Below are positions 17,811 to 27,242 of a stretch of 45,032 nucleotides of DNA, piece by piece (position 1 is the stretch's first letter; the number at the start of each line of letters is the position of its first letter). The stretch is taken from positions 1 to 45,032 of the IMG/VR virus record IMGVR_UViG_3300016476_000196, one strand, 5' to 3'. A program made the translations under genes and the position numbers. The notes beneath the pieces are model-generated. The model had not been told where the DNA came from. It was given only the letters and a program-made list of their open reading frames with translations, and ran no database searches. This stretch comes from a virus (lineage: Duplodnaviria; Caudoviricetes).

Positions 17811-18472
17811 AGAGGGAAGTTAGGATCTCCGCCCTCAAACATTACCCACACACCAGTTCCTGGTTGCGGTTTCCATTTTCCTACTAAATTTAAAGTAGCA
17901 ATAATACCCGGCACCGCTGGCCCAACGCTGGCTGGAGAGTGACTAATTAGAGTGTTTGATGCGCTAGCAGAGGAAACGAACTGAATATAATCCCCAGCAT
18001 CTAGGTCTAATATCAATCCCACAGTCATAGTGATTTCGGCGTTGCTTCCAGACAATGTGATCCTAGTATTGCTATCAGAGATGTCAGTGCCGTTTTTTCT
18101 TATCCACATATCAGCGGTTCCTGCGCTTGCGTTTGTTTTTGTGAACATGCACGAGAATTGTAGGAAGTAGTCGCCAGTCTCTTGAACATACATACGAGTA
18201 CCATCTAGATACGCTCTACTGGTATCCGCTTCAATCCAGTTGTTTACGACTGTAGGGGTGTTTATACCTATTGTTTGATCAGAGGTGGTGTAAAAAGTTG
18301 CGTACGGATACTTACTCTGAGTAATAGCTCCGTTTACTGGGTAAGCCCAGTCAGTAACACTTTGCCCAAGAACTTGAGGGACTATTAACTGAATGCGCCC
18401 CATACCTTCAGGGTCATTAGAGTCATATACTTTTCCTCGGTATATACCGTAATACTTTTGATCAATACTCAT
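17792..18472 (-). CDS. Gp5/VgrG OB-fold baseplate protein with an inserted C1q-like domain
   Basis: YGIYRGKV.D.NDPEGMGRI...VP.V...WAYP and PQPGTGVWVMFEGGDPNFPLWIG flank a ~145-aa beta-rich insert. Confidence 0.85.
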   Translation of the reverse strand: MSIDQKYYGIYRGKVYDSNDPEGMGRIQLIVPQVLGQSVTDWAYPVNGAITQSKYPYATFYTTSDQTIGINTPTVVNNWIEADTSRAYLDGTRMYVQETGDYFLQFSCMFTKTNASAGTADMWIRKNGTDISDSNTRITLSGSNAEITMTVGLILDLDAGDYIQFVSSASASNTLISHSPASVGPAVPGIIATLNLVGKWKPQPGTGVWVMFEGGDPNFPLWIGGQ

Positions 18473-19809
18473 TAGGCAGTCGCCTTTGCTACTCGTTCAG
18501 TGACTACCGCGCTTCTACGTGACTCGGCAATAATAGGGTTGAGGTTTGGTGTGGTGCTCTTCCAAATCGGTGCCTCTACTACACGACTAGTGTTTACTCG
18601 GTTTCTGTTTTTAACGGTCCCAAATAAAGACTCAGTTTGCGGTGTTACCTTTATAGTTGTGTTAACTAGTTGGGACTTAGGTACAACTTTAGTTTGCTTT
18701 ACGCTAGGGACAATAGTTCTAGTAGGCATGTAGTCTGGAGATAAGATTCTTTTGTTATCGGTCCAGTCCACAGCTTGTCCTAAAGAATCGGTGCCGACCT
18801 CAAGCACGGTCGTATAGCGATGTCGGTTTAGTTCCTCTTCTACAATAGTGTGCTCTGTAGACAAGATTGTCCAGTAGCCAGAGTAAGTTTCCCCTAAACC
18901 TTCTAGATAGATTGGCATATCTGGTCGCAAAGATGGATCACCAATGACTTCAAGTTTTGCTCTATAAGGGAAAGCGTTTAAGCTCTCCGCGGCATCGGCT
19001 TCAAACTTAGCTATCTTTATATCTGGAGCCACCACTGATGTGCTGTAGTTATCAAAGATTTCTTTTCTTTGCTTTGATCTTGTCTTTTTATTAGGCTTCT
19101 GTGTTGTATAAGAAACCATTTCTGAAGACAAAGGGTCTAAGCCAGAAACCGCAATAGCCGCCTTCTTGGCGTCATCGTACTCAATGGTTTCACCAATGCT
19201 TGGATTAAAGCTATAGATAGATGTGCCATCAATACTGCTGGTTACCCCCATCTTAAATCTAGGAGCTTCAGATCTGTAACGAGTGTAGTCATCTAGAACT
19301 GGTTGAAAATATATCTCTGTGTTCTGGGTGCGCAAGGTGTAGCCAGACTGTTTAGCTAGCTTAACCATTAGTTGCCAATCCGTTAGTCCAGCCTGAGCAA
19401 GCTGTGGATAGACGCGAGGATGAGGCACTGCGTAGCATGCAAATCCATGCTTCTTTGCTATCTCTCTAACTACTTGATCTGCGGTTACATTTTTATATAC
19501 CTTTTGAGATGTGGCCTTTAGAGGAAAAGACGCACCAATCAGCACTGCTTCAACAAAGTCTTTACCCGGAGTACGCTCGGGTTTAATGTGATGAACGTAC
19601 CCATGAAACTCGCGCTTACGATTAGGGCCATAGATAGTCATGCTTACTGGACTGTTCGGAAGAATAGCCTCGTAAGATACTCCCCAGTCTTTAAACTCTA
19701 CGGTAGCAATTTCATGCTCATAGCGGTTTTGGTGAAGGGTGGCTGAGTACACGAACGCTGGTTGAATATTTGGCGATTCGGGAAACTCAATTTTTATGTA
19801 ATTAAACAT
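18472..19809 (-). CDS. baseplate hub (gp27/GpD-like)
   Basis: FHGYV, VYKNVTADQVVREIAKKHG, Q.GLTDWQLM.KLA, GDPSLRP...GLG..YSG.W. Confidence 0.85.
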   Translation of the reverse strand: MFNYIKIEFPESPNIQPAFVYSATLHQNRYEHEIATVEFKDWGVSYEAILPNSPVSMTIYGPNRKREFHGYVHHIKPERTPGKDFVEAVLIGASFPLKATSQKVYKNVTADQVVREIAKKHGFACYAVPHPRVYPQLAQAGLTDWQLMVKLAKQSGYTLRTQNTEIYFQPVLDDYTRYRSEAPRFKMGVTSSIDGTSIYSFNPSIGETIEYDDAKKAAIAVSGLDPLSSEMVSYTTQKPNKKTRSKQRKEIFDNYSTSVVAPDIKIAKFEADAAESLNAFPYRAKLEVIGDPSLRPDMPIYLEGLGETYSGYWTILSTEHTIVEEELNRHRYTTVLEVGTDSLGQAVDWTDNKRILSPDYMPTRTIVPSVKQTKVVPKSQLVNTTIKVTPQTESLFGTVKNRNRVNTSRVVEAPIWKSTTPNLNPIIAESRRSAVVTERVAKATA

Positions 19810-20083
19810 TAGGAATCCTTAGTAGGGTTCCCGCAGGTATGTTGGTAATGTCCTCAAGCTCAGGGTTGTATTCTGGAATGATCCACCAATACTCAGGTTT
19901 TTGATAGTACTTATAGGCGATTTGATCTAGGCGCTCGCCTTCCACATACTCATGGACCCAATAACGAACTAGCCCAAGCTCAGAAAACTTATAGAACACT
20001 ACAGGGTTTTCAGGCCCATCAGGAGTGGTAGAAAAAAAGTCAACGACAGAGTACTCGTATCTAGACCCTTTAAAGATAGCCAT
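19802..20083 (-). CDS. LysM/gpX-like baseplate protein
   Basis: HEYVEGERLDQIAYKYY..PEYWWII..NP...IPAGTLLRIP; ATG 20083 overlaps the upstream stop, so it is preferred over the track start at 20119. Confidence 0.85.
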   Translation of the reverse strand: MAIFKGSRYEYSVVDFFSTTPDGPENPVVFYKFSELGLVRYWVHEYVEGERLDQIAYKYYQKPEYWWIIPEYNPELEDITNIPAGTLLRIPNV

Positions 20084-21195
20084 TATTTTGTAGCTCCTAT
20101 ACCTGAACCAGAGAAACATTCGATTGAGATATTTACTTGTGTCTGTAACGGAATCATAGTCTCAGTGAACTTAGTGTGAGTCATGCTTAGGTTAGAAATC
20201 CAGCCAACATAGGACAGGCTGTCCTTAGTAGGACCAAGTTCTATGCCAAGAAGCGTAGGCTGTAGATAACCAATATTTGCTGTAACGCGACCCAGTAGAT
20301 TTGTATATAGGCCGGGTTTTCCATCTGGACCAACGAATCCTGAGCCGTTAACGGCTCTAAATAGATACTCAAGATCGTACAGTGTTCCCTGTTCCATCAG
20401 CTTTTCAATCTCTGTTGAGAAGCTTTGCTTTAGCGCGTTTGGATGGTATCCACTGTAGAACTTAGAAAAGGACTCCCAGCTTTTAGACGCTGTAGCAGAG
20501 TTGTGCTTTATACAAGCAAAGTCGTTTGTTCTATCAAGCAGTAGGTTTAGAGATACTGTTTCTTGTCCAGGAAAAACACCTGTTACTACACGAAGAGAGT
20601 CGGCAGCCGAAGGTGTGATATCCATATTTCTAGAGACGTTGCTAGCAATAGACTCTGGGTTCCAAAGGAATTGGAATCCGTACTCTCTATCCTCTAAAGT
20701 AATTTCGCTACCGCCAACTACAGATGTTCCTTTTACAGCATCTTTAGCCTTAACTACATCTCCAGAGGCGTTGATCTGCGTGATGTCGCCAGAGGTATTC
20801 CAGTACCAAATACGACCTCTACGTAGACCATGGAAGTCTGCGATGCCAGCGGTTGAGTTTCCTATAGCGCCACTATCTACTTCTACTGGTCTTAAAGGCA
20901 TACTCCAAGCATGCGGAGGAAGATTAAACTTAAACTGGTTTGGCGATGTGCCCCATAGAGCCTTTGCTGATGTTTGCACATCCTTAGAGCTTGGCTTTTC
21001 TTGCCAAGCACCTTCAGCTTTAGCAAGCGTGTATAGGTGTGAGTCTGAGACAGTTGTGTCTTCCTCGCCTGTGTACAGTTTTCCGCCCGTGTTTTTTGTG
21101 AGGCGAGCTGTGCCAACTAGAGTAGAGTTAGATATGTTTGAACTAGAAACCCCTCGGTTGTAGGTTCCCCAGTTAGTCGCGTCTAGATAGCCCAT
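20083..21195 (-). CDS. tail tube initiator / CIS-tube-like protein
   Basis: FQFLWNPESI and GWISNLSMTHTKF...IPLQTQVNISI; lies between the tape measure and LysM genes. Confidence 0.65.
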   Translation of the reverse strand: MGYLDATNWGTYNRGVSSSNISNSTLVGTARLTKNTGGKLYTGEEDTTVSDSHLYTLAKAEGAWQEKPSSKDVQTSAKALWGTSPNQFKFNLPPHAWSMPLRPVEVDSGAIGNSTAGIADFHGLRRGRIWYWNTSGDITQINASGDVVKAKDAVKGTSVVGGSEITLEDREYGFQFLWNPESIASNVSRNMDITPSAADSLRVVTGVFPGQETVSLNLLLDRTNDFACIKHNSATASKSWESFSKFYSGYHPNALKQSFSTEIEKLMEQGTLYDLEYLFRAVNGSGFVGPDGKPGLYTNLLGRVTANIGYLQPTLLGIELGPTKDSLSYVGWISNLSMTHTKFTETMIPLQTQVNISIECFSGSGIGATK

Positions 21196-23468
21196 TACTT
21201 CTTACTCGCATTCTCTAGAATCTTTGCGTCTTTCATAACTTCTGTAAGGATACGTTTAATTTCTTTAGGGTTTCCGCCAAGGATATTAATAGCAACCCCC
21301 CCATAGTTATATACATTTGAAAGCCCAGCACCAGTAAGCCCTGCTAGACCTCCAGTTCCACCGGCTGATCCCCATGAACCGCTAATAAAATCTTTAAGGC
21401 TACTAACTTCTTTAGAGTACTTAGGATCAGTAAGAAGCTTGTTTACCTGGGCCAATGTTTTTGCATCAATAGACGACGGATCTATACCAAATAACTTTGC
21501 TACAGATTCAGCATCAACACTTCCTGAAGACCCTCCAGATCCTCCAGAGCCTTTAAAGGTACCCCAAGGACTGTTCTTAATGCTTGCTCTAATTTTTTCC
21601 CAAGGAACATCGCCCTCTTTTAGGAGAGAAACAATTTCCTTATAATGACCTAGTTTTAACGTATCAACGGTGGCTTTAACACCTTGTTCATGAGATGTGT
21701 AGTTCCAGACGTGGTATTGGCCTTTGTCACCAAACGTATTAAATGGTGTTGCCCCTTTATATCCAGTCTTCGTAGTAGCTAAAGGATTATGTCGAGCCTT
21801 AGTGTTTTCTCCTTGTTCCCAATTTAACATTGCTTGAATGTTAGAAGCAGTTACAGGAGCACCAATACCCTTTAATACATCTTTAGCAAAGACTTCTCCG
21901 CCATCGGCGCGTCCGCCTTTAAAGTTGTATTTAGATAAATCATGGTTAGGGATGATCGTTCCATCAACTTTAGGTACGAAAAGCTCAGGACCCTTTTCGC
22001 CCACTAGATACATATTTTGCTGACCTACGTCTCCGCCTTCAGCTTTTGCGCCCTTAATGCCTAGGAGCAAAGACAAAATCTTTTGCATGAAACCGTCTCC
22101 AGCTCCAAGCAGAGTAGTAGCAAACGCATTTGCGCCAGTTGCTATTTGTAGTACGCCAGTTACCCTGTCAATCATGTTCATGAACGCACCAAGTTTGGTT
22201 AGTACTTGGGCAGCCTTCTCAAAACCAAACGCACCAGCATTTGCGACTTGACCTAAACCTTCTGCGGCAGTTGCTTGTCTTGCGCTAAACGCATTTGTTG
22301 CAGCAGTGGTTGCTCCGAATTGAGTCAGGTTCTCTTTAGTAATGGCTGCGCCACCACTCTTAGCCTTAAACAAAAGACCATTAGCAACAAGTTGCTTTGC
22401 CATTGGGTCGTTGCCAAAGTACATATCAAGCATGGAGTCCATAGAGTTGCCTGGTTGTAAACCAATAAGAACTTCGCGCTCGCTTGGTTTCTTTCCAGAT
22501 CCGTATGCTTGAGCATAGTCACGGCAAATCTTGTTCCATAAATCGTCAATAATTTGATCAGGCGGCTTTAGGTTGCCCTGCTCATCACGTAGTCGAATAC
22601 CAATACCACGGAGCATGTTTACATTTCTAGCCTGTTGCATTTGTCCAAAGGCTCGCATCGTTCCTTCGGCGCCAATACCTGGAAGCAGGTTAGATGTCTG
22701 CGCAACACCCATTGCCACACCGCCCATTGCGCCACCTGCAACGTTAGGGCCTGTGATTCCATAGCTTTGCGCAGCAACGAGTGCTCGCATAGCATCCATA
22801 GAATCTGTGACAGTTCCAGTTTTTGCCATGTTCTCTTGAAGTCGGCGCATTCTGTCGTAATCAACAGAACCCATACCGTATAGAGACGCTTGTGTTACTG
22901 GTGCAGCAGCTCGGCCTCTAGCACCAGTTGAGTTAAAGAACGCAGCACGTTGCATAAGAAGCTGTGCTTCTACAGCTTCAGCTGGAGATGTAAGCATTCC
23001 GCTCACTGCGGATGCGGCAAACAATGATCCAGCAGCTGGGTTTTCTTTAATCCAATCGGTTAGATTGTTTCCTCCGCTAAATCCTCCACCGCCACCACCA
23101 CCGGTTCCACCAGAAACAGGCGGGGTGTAAGCAACAACATTGCCACCGCGGCCATACGGGACCATCGCCGTGCCACCAGAAGGTACAACAGGAACGTTGC
23201 CACCACCTCCCCCACCCGCTGTTATAGCGGCTTGCGGAGGAGTGAACTCTGGATCAGGAGCTACTTGATTAGGGGATGCAGAACCGCCACCACCTCCAAC
23301 ACGGATGTTGGACATGCTGTCGCGGAAACGTTGCGCTAGTGCGGCTGCGTCTTGAAGTTCTTGTTTAAATAGTCTGAACTCTTGGCGAGCGTCCACAATA
23401 CCGTTTTTAAGGTCGGCAATGAAGGCTCTTCCTGAGCCACCCATATTTAGCTGGTTTTTACTATCCAC
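21195..23468 (-). CDS. tape measure protein with C-terminal lysozyme-like domain
   Basis: Ala/Gly-rich helical protein after the chaperone; AEGG..YLVGEKGPELFVP motif; putative muramidase segment WEQGEN...HNPLATT...YTSHEQGVKATVDTL. Confidence 0.8.
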   Translation of the reverse strand: MDSKNQLNMGGSGRAFIADLKNGIVDARQEFRLFKQELQDAAALAQRFRDSMSNIRVGGGGGSASPNQVAPDPEFTPPQAAITAGGGGGGNVPVVPSGGTAMVPYGRGGNVVAYTPPVSGGTGGGGGGGFSGGNNLTDWIKENPAAGSLFAASAVSGMLTSPAEAVEAQLLMQRAAFFNSTGARGRAAAPVTQASLYGMGSVDYDRMRRLQENMAKTGTVTDSMDAMRALVAAQSYGITGPNVAGGAMGGVAMGVAQTSNLLPGIGAEGTMRAFGQMQQARNVNMLRGIGIRLRDEQGNLKPPDQIIDDLWNKICRDYAQAYGSGKKPSEREVLIGLQPGNSMDSMLDMYFGNDPMAKQLVANGLLFKAKSGGAAITKENLTQFGATTAATNAFSARQATAAEGLGQVANAGAFGFEKAAQVLTKLGAFMNMIDRVTGVLQIATGANAFATTLLGAGDGFMQKILSLLLGIKGAKAEGGDVGQQNMYLVGEKGPELFVPKVDGTIIPNHDLSKYNFKGGRADGGEVFAKDVLKGIGAPVTASNIQAMLNWEQGENTKARHNPLATTKTGYKGATPFNTFGDKGQYHVWNYTSHEQGVKATVDTLKLGHYKEIVSLLKEGDVPWEKIRASIKNSPWGTFKGSGGSGGSSGSVDAESVAKLFGIDPSSIDAKTLAQVNKLLTDPKYSKEVSSLKDFISGSWGSAGGTGGLAGLTGAGLSNVYNYGGVAINILGGNPKEIKRILTEVMKDAKILENASKK

Positions 23469-23641
23469 TAGCTAATACCTTTCCTACTATTACGTTGTGC
23501 TCGCTCTAGCCAGTTTAGGCGCTCTCTATAGGAGAGCCGTCTAATTTCGGTAAGAGTCCAGCCGCTAAATACTCTGGTAAGTAGTTCGTACTGGTTAAGA
23601 AGGTTTTCGTAATCTTGTTTGCTATATGCGAAACAAGTCGG
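23468..23641 (-). CDS. start-less ORF, probable frameshift extension of the tail chaperone
   Basis: Open +1 frame encoding ..FAYSKQDYENLLNQYELLTRVFSGWTLTEIRRLSYRERLNWLERAQRNSRKGIS*; contains no ATG, GTG or TTG; the stop overlaps the tape-measure GTG. Confidence 0.7.
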   Translation of the reverse strand, partial: PTCFAYSKQDYENLLNQYELLTRVFSGWTLTEIRRLSYRERLNWLERAQRNSRKGIS

Positions 23642-24413
23642 TCAAACTTAGCGGTAGAGGAATATCCTCACCACATGCCTGACAAGTCTTCTTCACCTCC
23701 CCAAGGCGTGGGCCCGGGTTACGATCTAGGATTTCATCAATAATCTTGCTTCGGTCTGCCATGCCTAGAGCAAGGGCGTTGCGAGCACCTATTGATGGGG
23801 CGTCGTTAACTGAGACTATGCAGCCAGACAACAGGATGGTATTTACTTCTGCCGCGGTCTTATCAATGTTGTCCATAAGTTTCTTTTGAACAACGCCGTT
23901 AGGAAGAGCTACGCGGACAGTTCCCAATTTAGTTTCTACATTCCAACTACGATCCTTAACAGGGTCTTTTAACGTCTTATAAGGGACGTCTGTAGTTAGG
24001 TCAATAGTAACTGGCTGTTGCTGGTTACAGTTGCTACATACGACGGTTACGCCAAGTTCTTTTCCAAATGTTACACATCGGATTCCAATAAGGAGTGCGT
24101 CGCGGTCACCAGACAACAAAGTGTCTAGGTGGTCTCTAGTCACATCCTCGGTACCAATCTTTACTACACCTCGCTCTAGCAAAGCATTTAAGGCTTTTGC
24201 TGTTGAGCCAGTTTTTGAAACAATTTCCTCGTCCTCTCCGTTTAGCTCTCTAACCTCTGCTGTAGTAACTACGCCTTCAGGTGTTAGAAAGCCACCACGG
24301 AGAGTGACTTCGGAGTCGGATGGGGCCCGCGTTATAACTTCTACCGCGGGCTCCTCCATAGCCTTCTTTGCATATTCATTGATTAGTTGCGCATCAGTAA
24401 TGATTTCACTCAC
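23622..24413 (-). CDS. tail assembly chaperone / T4 gp26-like protein
   Basis: VRELNGEDEE, LLSGDRDALLIGIR..TFG, two CxxC pairs; lies between tube and tape measure. Confidence 0.75.
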   Translation of the reverse strand: MSEIITDAQLINEYAKKAMEEPAVEVITRAPSDSEVTLRGGFLTPEGVVTTAEVRELNGEDEEIVSKTGSTAKALNALLERGVVKIGTEDVTRDHLDTLLSGDRDALLIGIRCVTFGKELGVTVVCSNCNQQQPVTIDLTTDVPYKTLKDPVKDRSWNVETKLGTVRVALPNGVVQKKLMDNIDKTAAEVNTILLSGCIVSVNDAPSIGARNALALGMADRSKIIDEILDRNPGPRLGEVKKTCQACGEDIPLPLSLTDLFRI

Positions 24414-24438
24414 GATTAATACTCCTAGTTATATTTAA

Positions 24439-25068
24439 TTAAGCAGTTGGTGCAGAAGTCGGGTTCGTAGCATCGCCTGAACGAGCCTTGAACGCGTCAT
24501 TGCCTGTTCCCTGAGTAAAGAATACAGTTAAACCTTCATGTACAAGACTGATTGATTCAAACAGAATCGCTCCGTCATTTGCGTTTAGGTCTGTGTAGTT
24601 CAAACCAGTGATCCAAGCATTGTGAACCTTGAAGCCCATCTTTGGAACGTTCGCATCTGATGGTCCAGCGTTAGGGTGATCCATAACGTAGATCTTCATA
24701 TCCAAACGGAAGGTCTTTCCTGTTGTAGAAAGTCCGTCACCTGAAGCTGCAGCGAACAGAGAACGCATCCAGTTAATAGACTGGTCGTTTCCATATAGCA
24801 CACCGCGTTGCATTGTGATTGGGCTGAAGGTTGTCATGCCAGGTACCTGATGTACAGTGGTGTTGTAGCCACCTTCACGGTATTGGATTGACTGTGTGTT
24901 GATGTTTAGACCGCTGATATTTGTAAAACCGCCGGTCCACTTTGTAGGACCAATGCTATCAATCGGTGCATCGGTGCCATAAGGCTTCTCAAACTCTACA
25001 TAAAACCGAAACGAGCGTAACGGATCTGTTGCCAGAGTAGAGAAGCGATTGATTGTGCTACTTGCCAT
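24439..25068 (-). CDS. tail tube protein (T4 gp19-like)
   Basis: DPLRSFRFYVE, GGF..ISGL, IQYREGG...PG.T.FSPIT..RG, NAW, ILFESISLVHEG. Confidence 0.93.
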   Translation of the reverse strand: MASSTINRFSTLATDPLRSFRFYVEFEKPYGTDAPIDSIGPTKWTGGFTNISGLNINTQSIQYREGGYNTTVHQVPGMTTFSPITMQRGVLYGNDQSINWMRSLFAAASGDGLSTTGKTFRLDMKIYVMDHPNAGPSDANVPKMGFKVHNAWITGLNYTDLNANDGAILFESISLVHEGLTVFFTQGTGNDAFKARSGDATNPTSAPTA

Positions 25069-25083
25069 TTGTGGTTATCTCCT

Positions 25084-26577
25084 TTACGCCACAGTAACGG
25101 TGGAACCACCGTCAAACTGACCGATTTTGATTACTACAAATTCCGCAGGGCGCTGTAGCGCAACACCAACTTCGATATGGACTTCGCCATTATCGATAGA
25201 TGCCTGTGGGTTATTTGTAGAATCGACTTTAACAAAGAACGCCTGAGAAGGAACTGATCCGCGAAGACCGCCCTGTGCCCAGAAGCTCGTTAGGAAGCTG
25301 CTAACTGTTGCGTCAATACGGCGCCACAATGCAGGGTCGTTTGGCTCAAAGATTGCGAACTCTGTGAGATCGGTAAGAGCCTTACGTAAGTAAATTAATG
25401 TACGGCGTACTGGAACGTACTTGTCCACATATCCGCCCTTGAGGGTACGAGCACCCATTACAACAATGCCTGAGCCTGATACAAACTTAATTGCGTTGAC
25501 TGCTGCAGCGTTGCTGTTAAGAGAATCAAGTTCAGCGTTAGTTAGTGAGGCTACAGAAGTAGCGCCAGCTAGACGAGCCTGAAGACCTGCCGGAGCCTTG
25601 AATACTCCACGAGATGCGTCAGTTGCTGAGTAAAGACCTACAACCGCAGCACCTGCTCCTACGGTTCTTGTTTGACCTGAAGCTCCGCCAACACCAACGG
25701 TTGGGTCAGCGATAACTAGAGGTGGGTAATATACAGCCGCGTGTGAGCTAGCTGTGTATGTATTTGTCAATGTAATCTGATCAGCTGCTGTAGCAGCAGT
25801 ACCATCAATAACTACAAATACGTCATCGCGTGATTCAGCATAGCTGATTGCAGCGTTTACGGTAGTTGCGCTAACAACTGCTGGAACGTTTAGAACCAAT
25901 GACTGCTTGATTGTGTCAAAACCTGAGTAGTCAGTGATGTTTCCAACAGATGAGCCGTTTGCTCCTGTAGAGAGTGCCTGGTTAGTTACAACCGCAGGGT
26001 TCTTGCTTGCACCAGCAGTAGCTGAGTTAAGATCTGTTGCTACTACGTAGGCAGATGCCGCATTGATTGCAGCAACCGCATAGCGTGAGTCAGCGTTGTT
26101 CATAACGATGTCTGTGTAACGCTCCACAATGTTGGCATCCGCAGATCCGCCGTAGTAAACGGTTAGGTTGAAGTAGCCAGTGGTTGTTGAGTCTGTAATT
26201 GTTACGTTGATATCGTTACCCCAAGTGCCTTCATTCTTTGCATTTAGGCGAAGAGTAGAAAGAGGGGTTCCTGCTCGGTCATTGAAAGTACGGACTGCGC
26301 TCTGTGCGCCTGTTCCAACTACACGTTGTACATAAGCACGACTTCCACCGTTTGAGAAGAACATGTATACCGCGATAGGCAGAGAGTCTCCAGCTATTAG
26401 GTTCCATGATCCAAACAGATTTGTGTACTGGCTCCATGAAGTTACCAGTGTTGGTGTGGTAGGTCCGCGATCGTTAGCGCCAATAAAAGCGGCAACGGTA
26501 TCGGAGTTCGGCCCCACTGTTGATTGAATAGGATTTAGTACTTCTTGTACATAAACCCCAGGGCGTTGAAATGCCAT
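25084..26577 (-). CDS. contractile tail sheath protein
   Basis: RPGVYVQE, FFSNGG, GVFKAPAG, GARTL, YVPVRR, FEPND..LW, PAEFVVIKI. Confidence 0.97.
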   Translation of the reverse strand: MAFQRPGVYVQEVLNPIQSTVGPNSDTVAAFIGANDRGPTTPTLVTSWSQYTNLFGSWNLIAGDSLPIAVYMFFSNGGSRAYVQRVVGTGAQSAVRTFNDRAGTPLSTLRLNAKNEGTWGNDINVTITDSTTTGYFNLTVYYGGSADANIVERYTDIVMNNADSRYAVAAINAASAYVVATDLNSATAGASKNPAVVTNQALSTGANGSSVGNITDYSGFDTIKQSLVLNVPAVVSATTVNAAISYAESRDDVFVVIDGTAATAADQITLTNTYTASSHAAVYYPPLVIADPTVGVGGASGQTRTVGAGAAVVGLYSATDASRGVFKAPAGLQARLAGATSVASLTNAELDSLNSNAAAVNAIKFVSGSGIVVMGARTLKGGYVDKYVPVRRTLIYLRKALTDLTEFAIFEPNDPALWRRIDATVSSFLTSFWAQGGLRGSVPSQAFFVKVDSTNNPQASIDNGEVHIEVGVALQRPAEFVVIKIGQFDGGSTVTVA

Positions 26578-26615
26578 TAAATTATCTCCTTAGTTTTATA
26601 CGTAGGCGCCATGTG

Positions 26616-27242
26616 TTAGACCATCTCGAATCCAGTAGGGGGAGTCGTATCGTTGTCAATAAAGACTTCTTCAACCGCAGGAATTGCTGTAGCAGCTTGA
26701 TAAGGTGTCATCTCGCTAACTACTCTTACAGTCAAAGCGTTTCTAAGGATACGACGAGCTCCGCCAGTATCCTCTTCCACACCGTCTAGTTTTGTGTATC
26801 CATCAAGGAACATGCTTCTGTATGCCGTCTCAGTACCTAACTGATTTGGCACAGCAAGCTTGCCGTACTTTGATGGAATTCTTTGTAAGAGCTGTATTTG
26901 AATAGCTCTGTCATGTCGTGGGTGGCGTGAGTAAGATGTCACCTGATATACAAGATCATAGGCAATAGGGATGTCATACCCATAAGAGCTATCACCAGCA
27001 GGGGCAATAGTTCCGCGGTAGTCATTGTCGTATAGACGACCTTGATGTTGACGATCATTTGCAGGAACAATGTCAATTAAATCTATGGTCACAAAAGGAA
27101 AGTGTTGGTCTGTAAGTTCGATATCAGGGTACCCAAACCACACACGGACGTTGCGCCCCATGTTCTTTTTGTCAGTTACTGTCATTCCTTGCACAAGGGT
27201 TTTAAGCGCAAGGTCTTCGGCAATAATGAATGGATCAGACAT
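26616..27242 (-). CDS. tail terminator / Pvc16-like protein
   Basis: Immediately upstream of the sheath gene; FPFVTIDLIDI, PIAYDLVYQV..YSR. Confidence 0.6.
   Translation of the reverse strand: MSDPFIIAEDLALKTLVQGMTVTDKKNMGRNVRVWFGYPDIELTDQHFPFVTIDLIDIVPANDRQHQGRLYDNDYRGTIAPAGDSSYGYDIPIAYDLVYQVTSYSRHPRHDRAIQIQLLQRIPSKYGKLAVPNQLGTETAYRSMFLDGYTKLDGVEEDTGGARRILRNALTVRVVSEMTPYQAATAIPAVEEVFIDNDTTPPTGFEMV

Noticed and set aside
20501-21163. 220-aa plus-strand ORF
   Set aside because: Entirely antisense to a well-supported tail gene; no recognisable motifs or SD; consistent with a codon-bias shadow.
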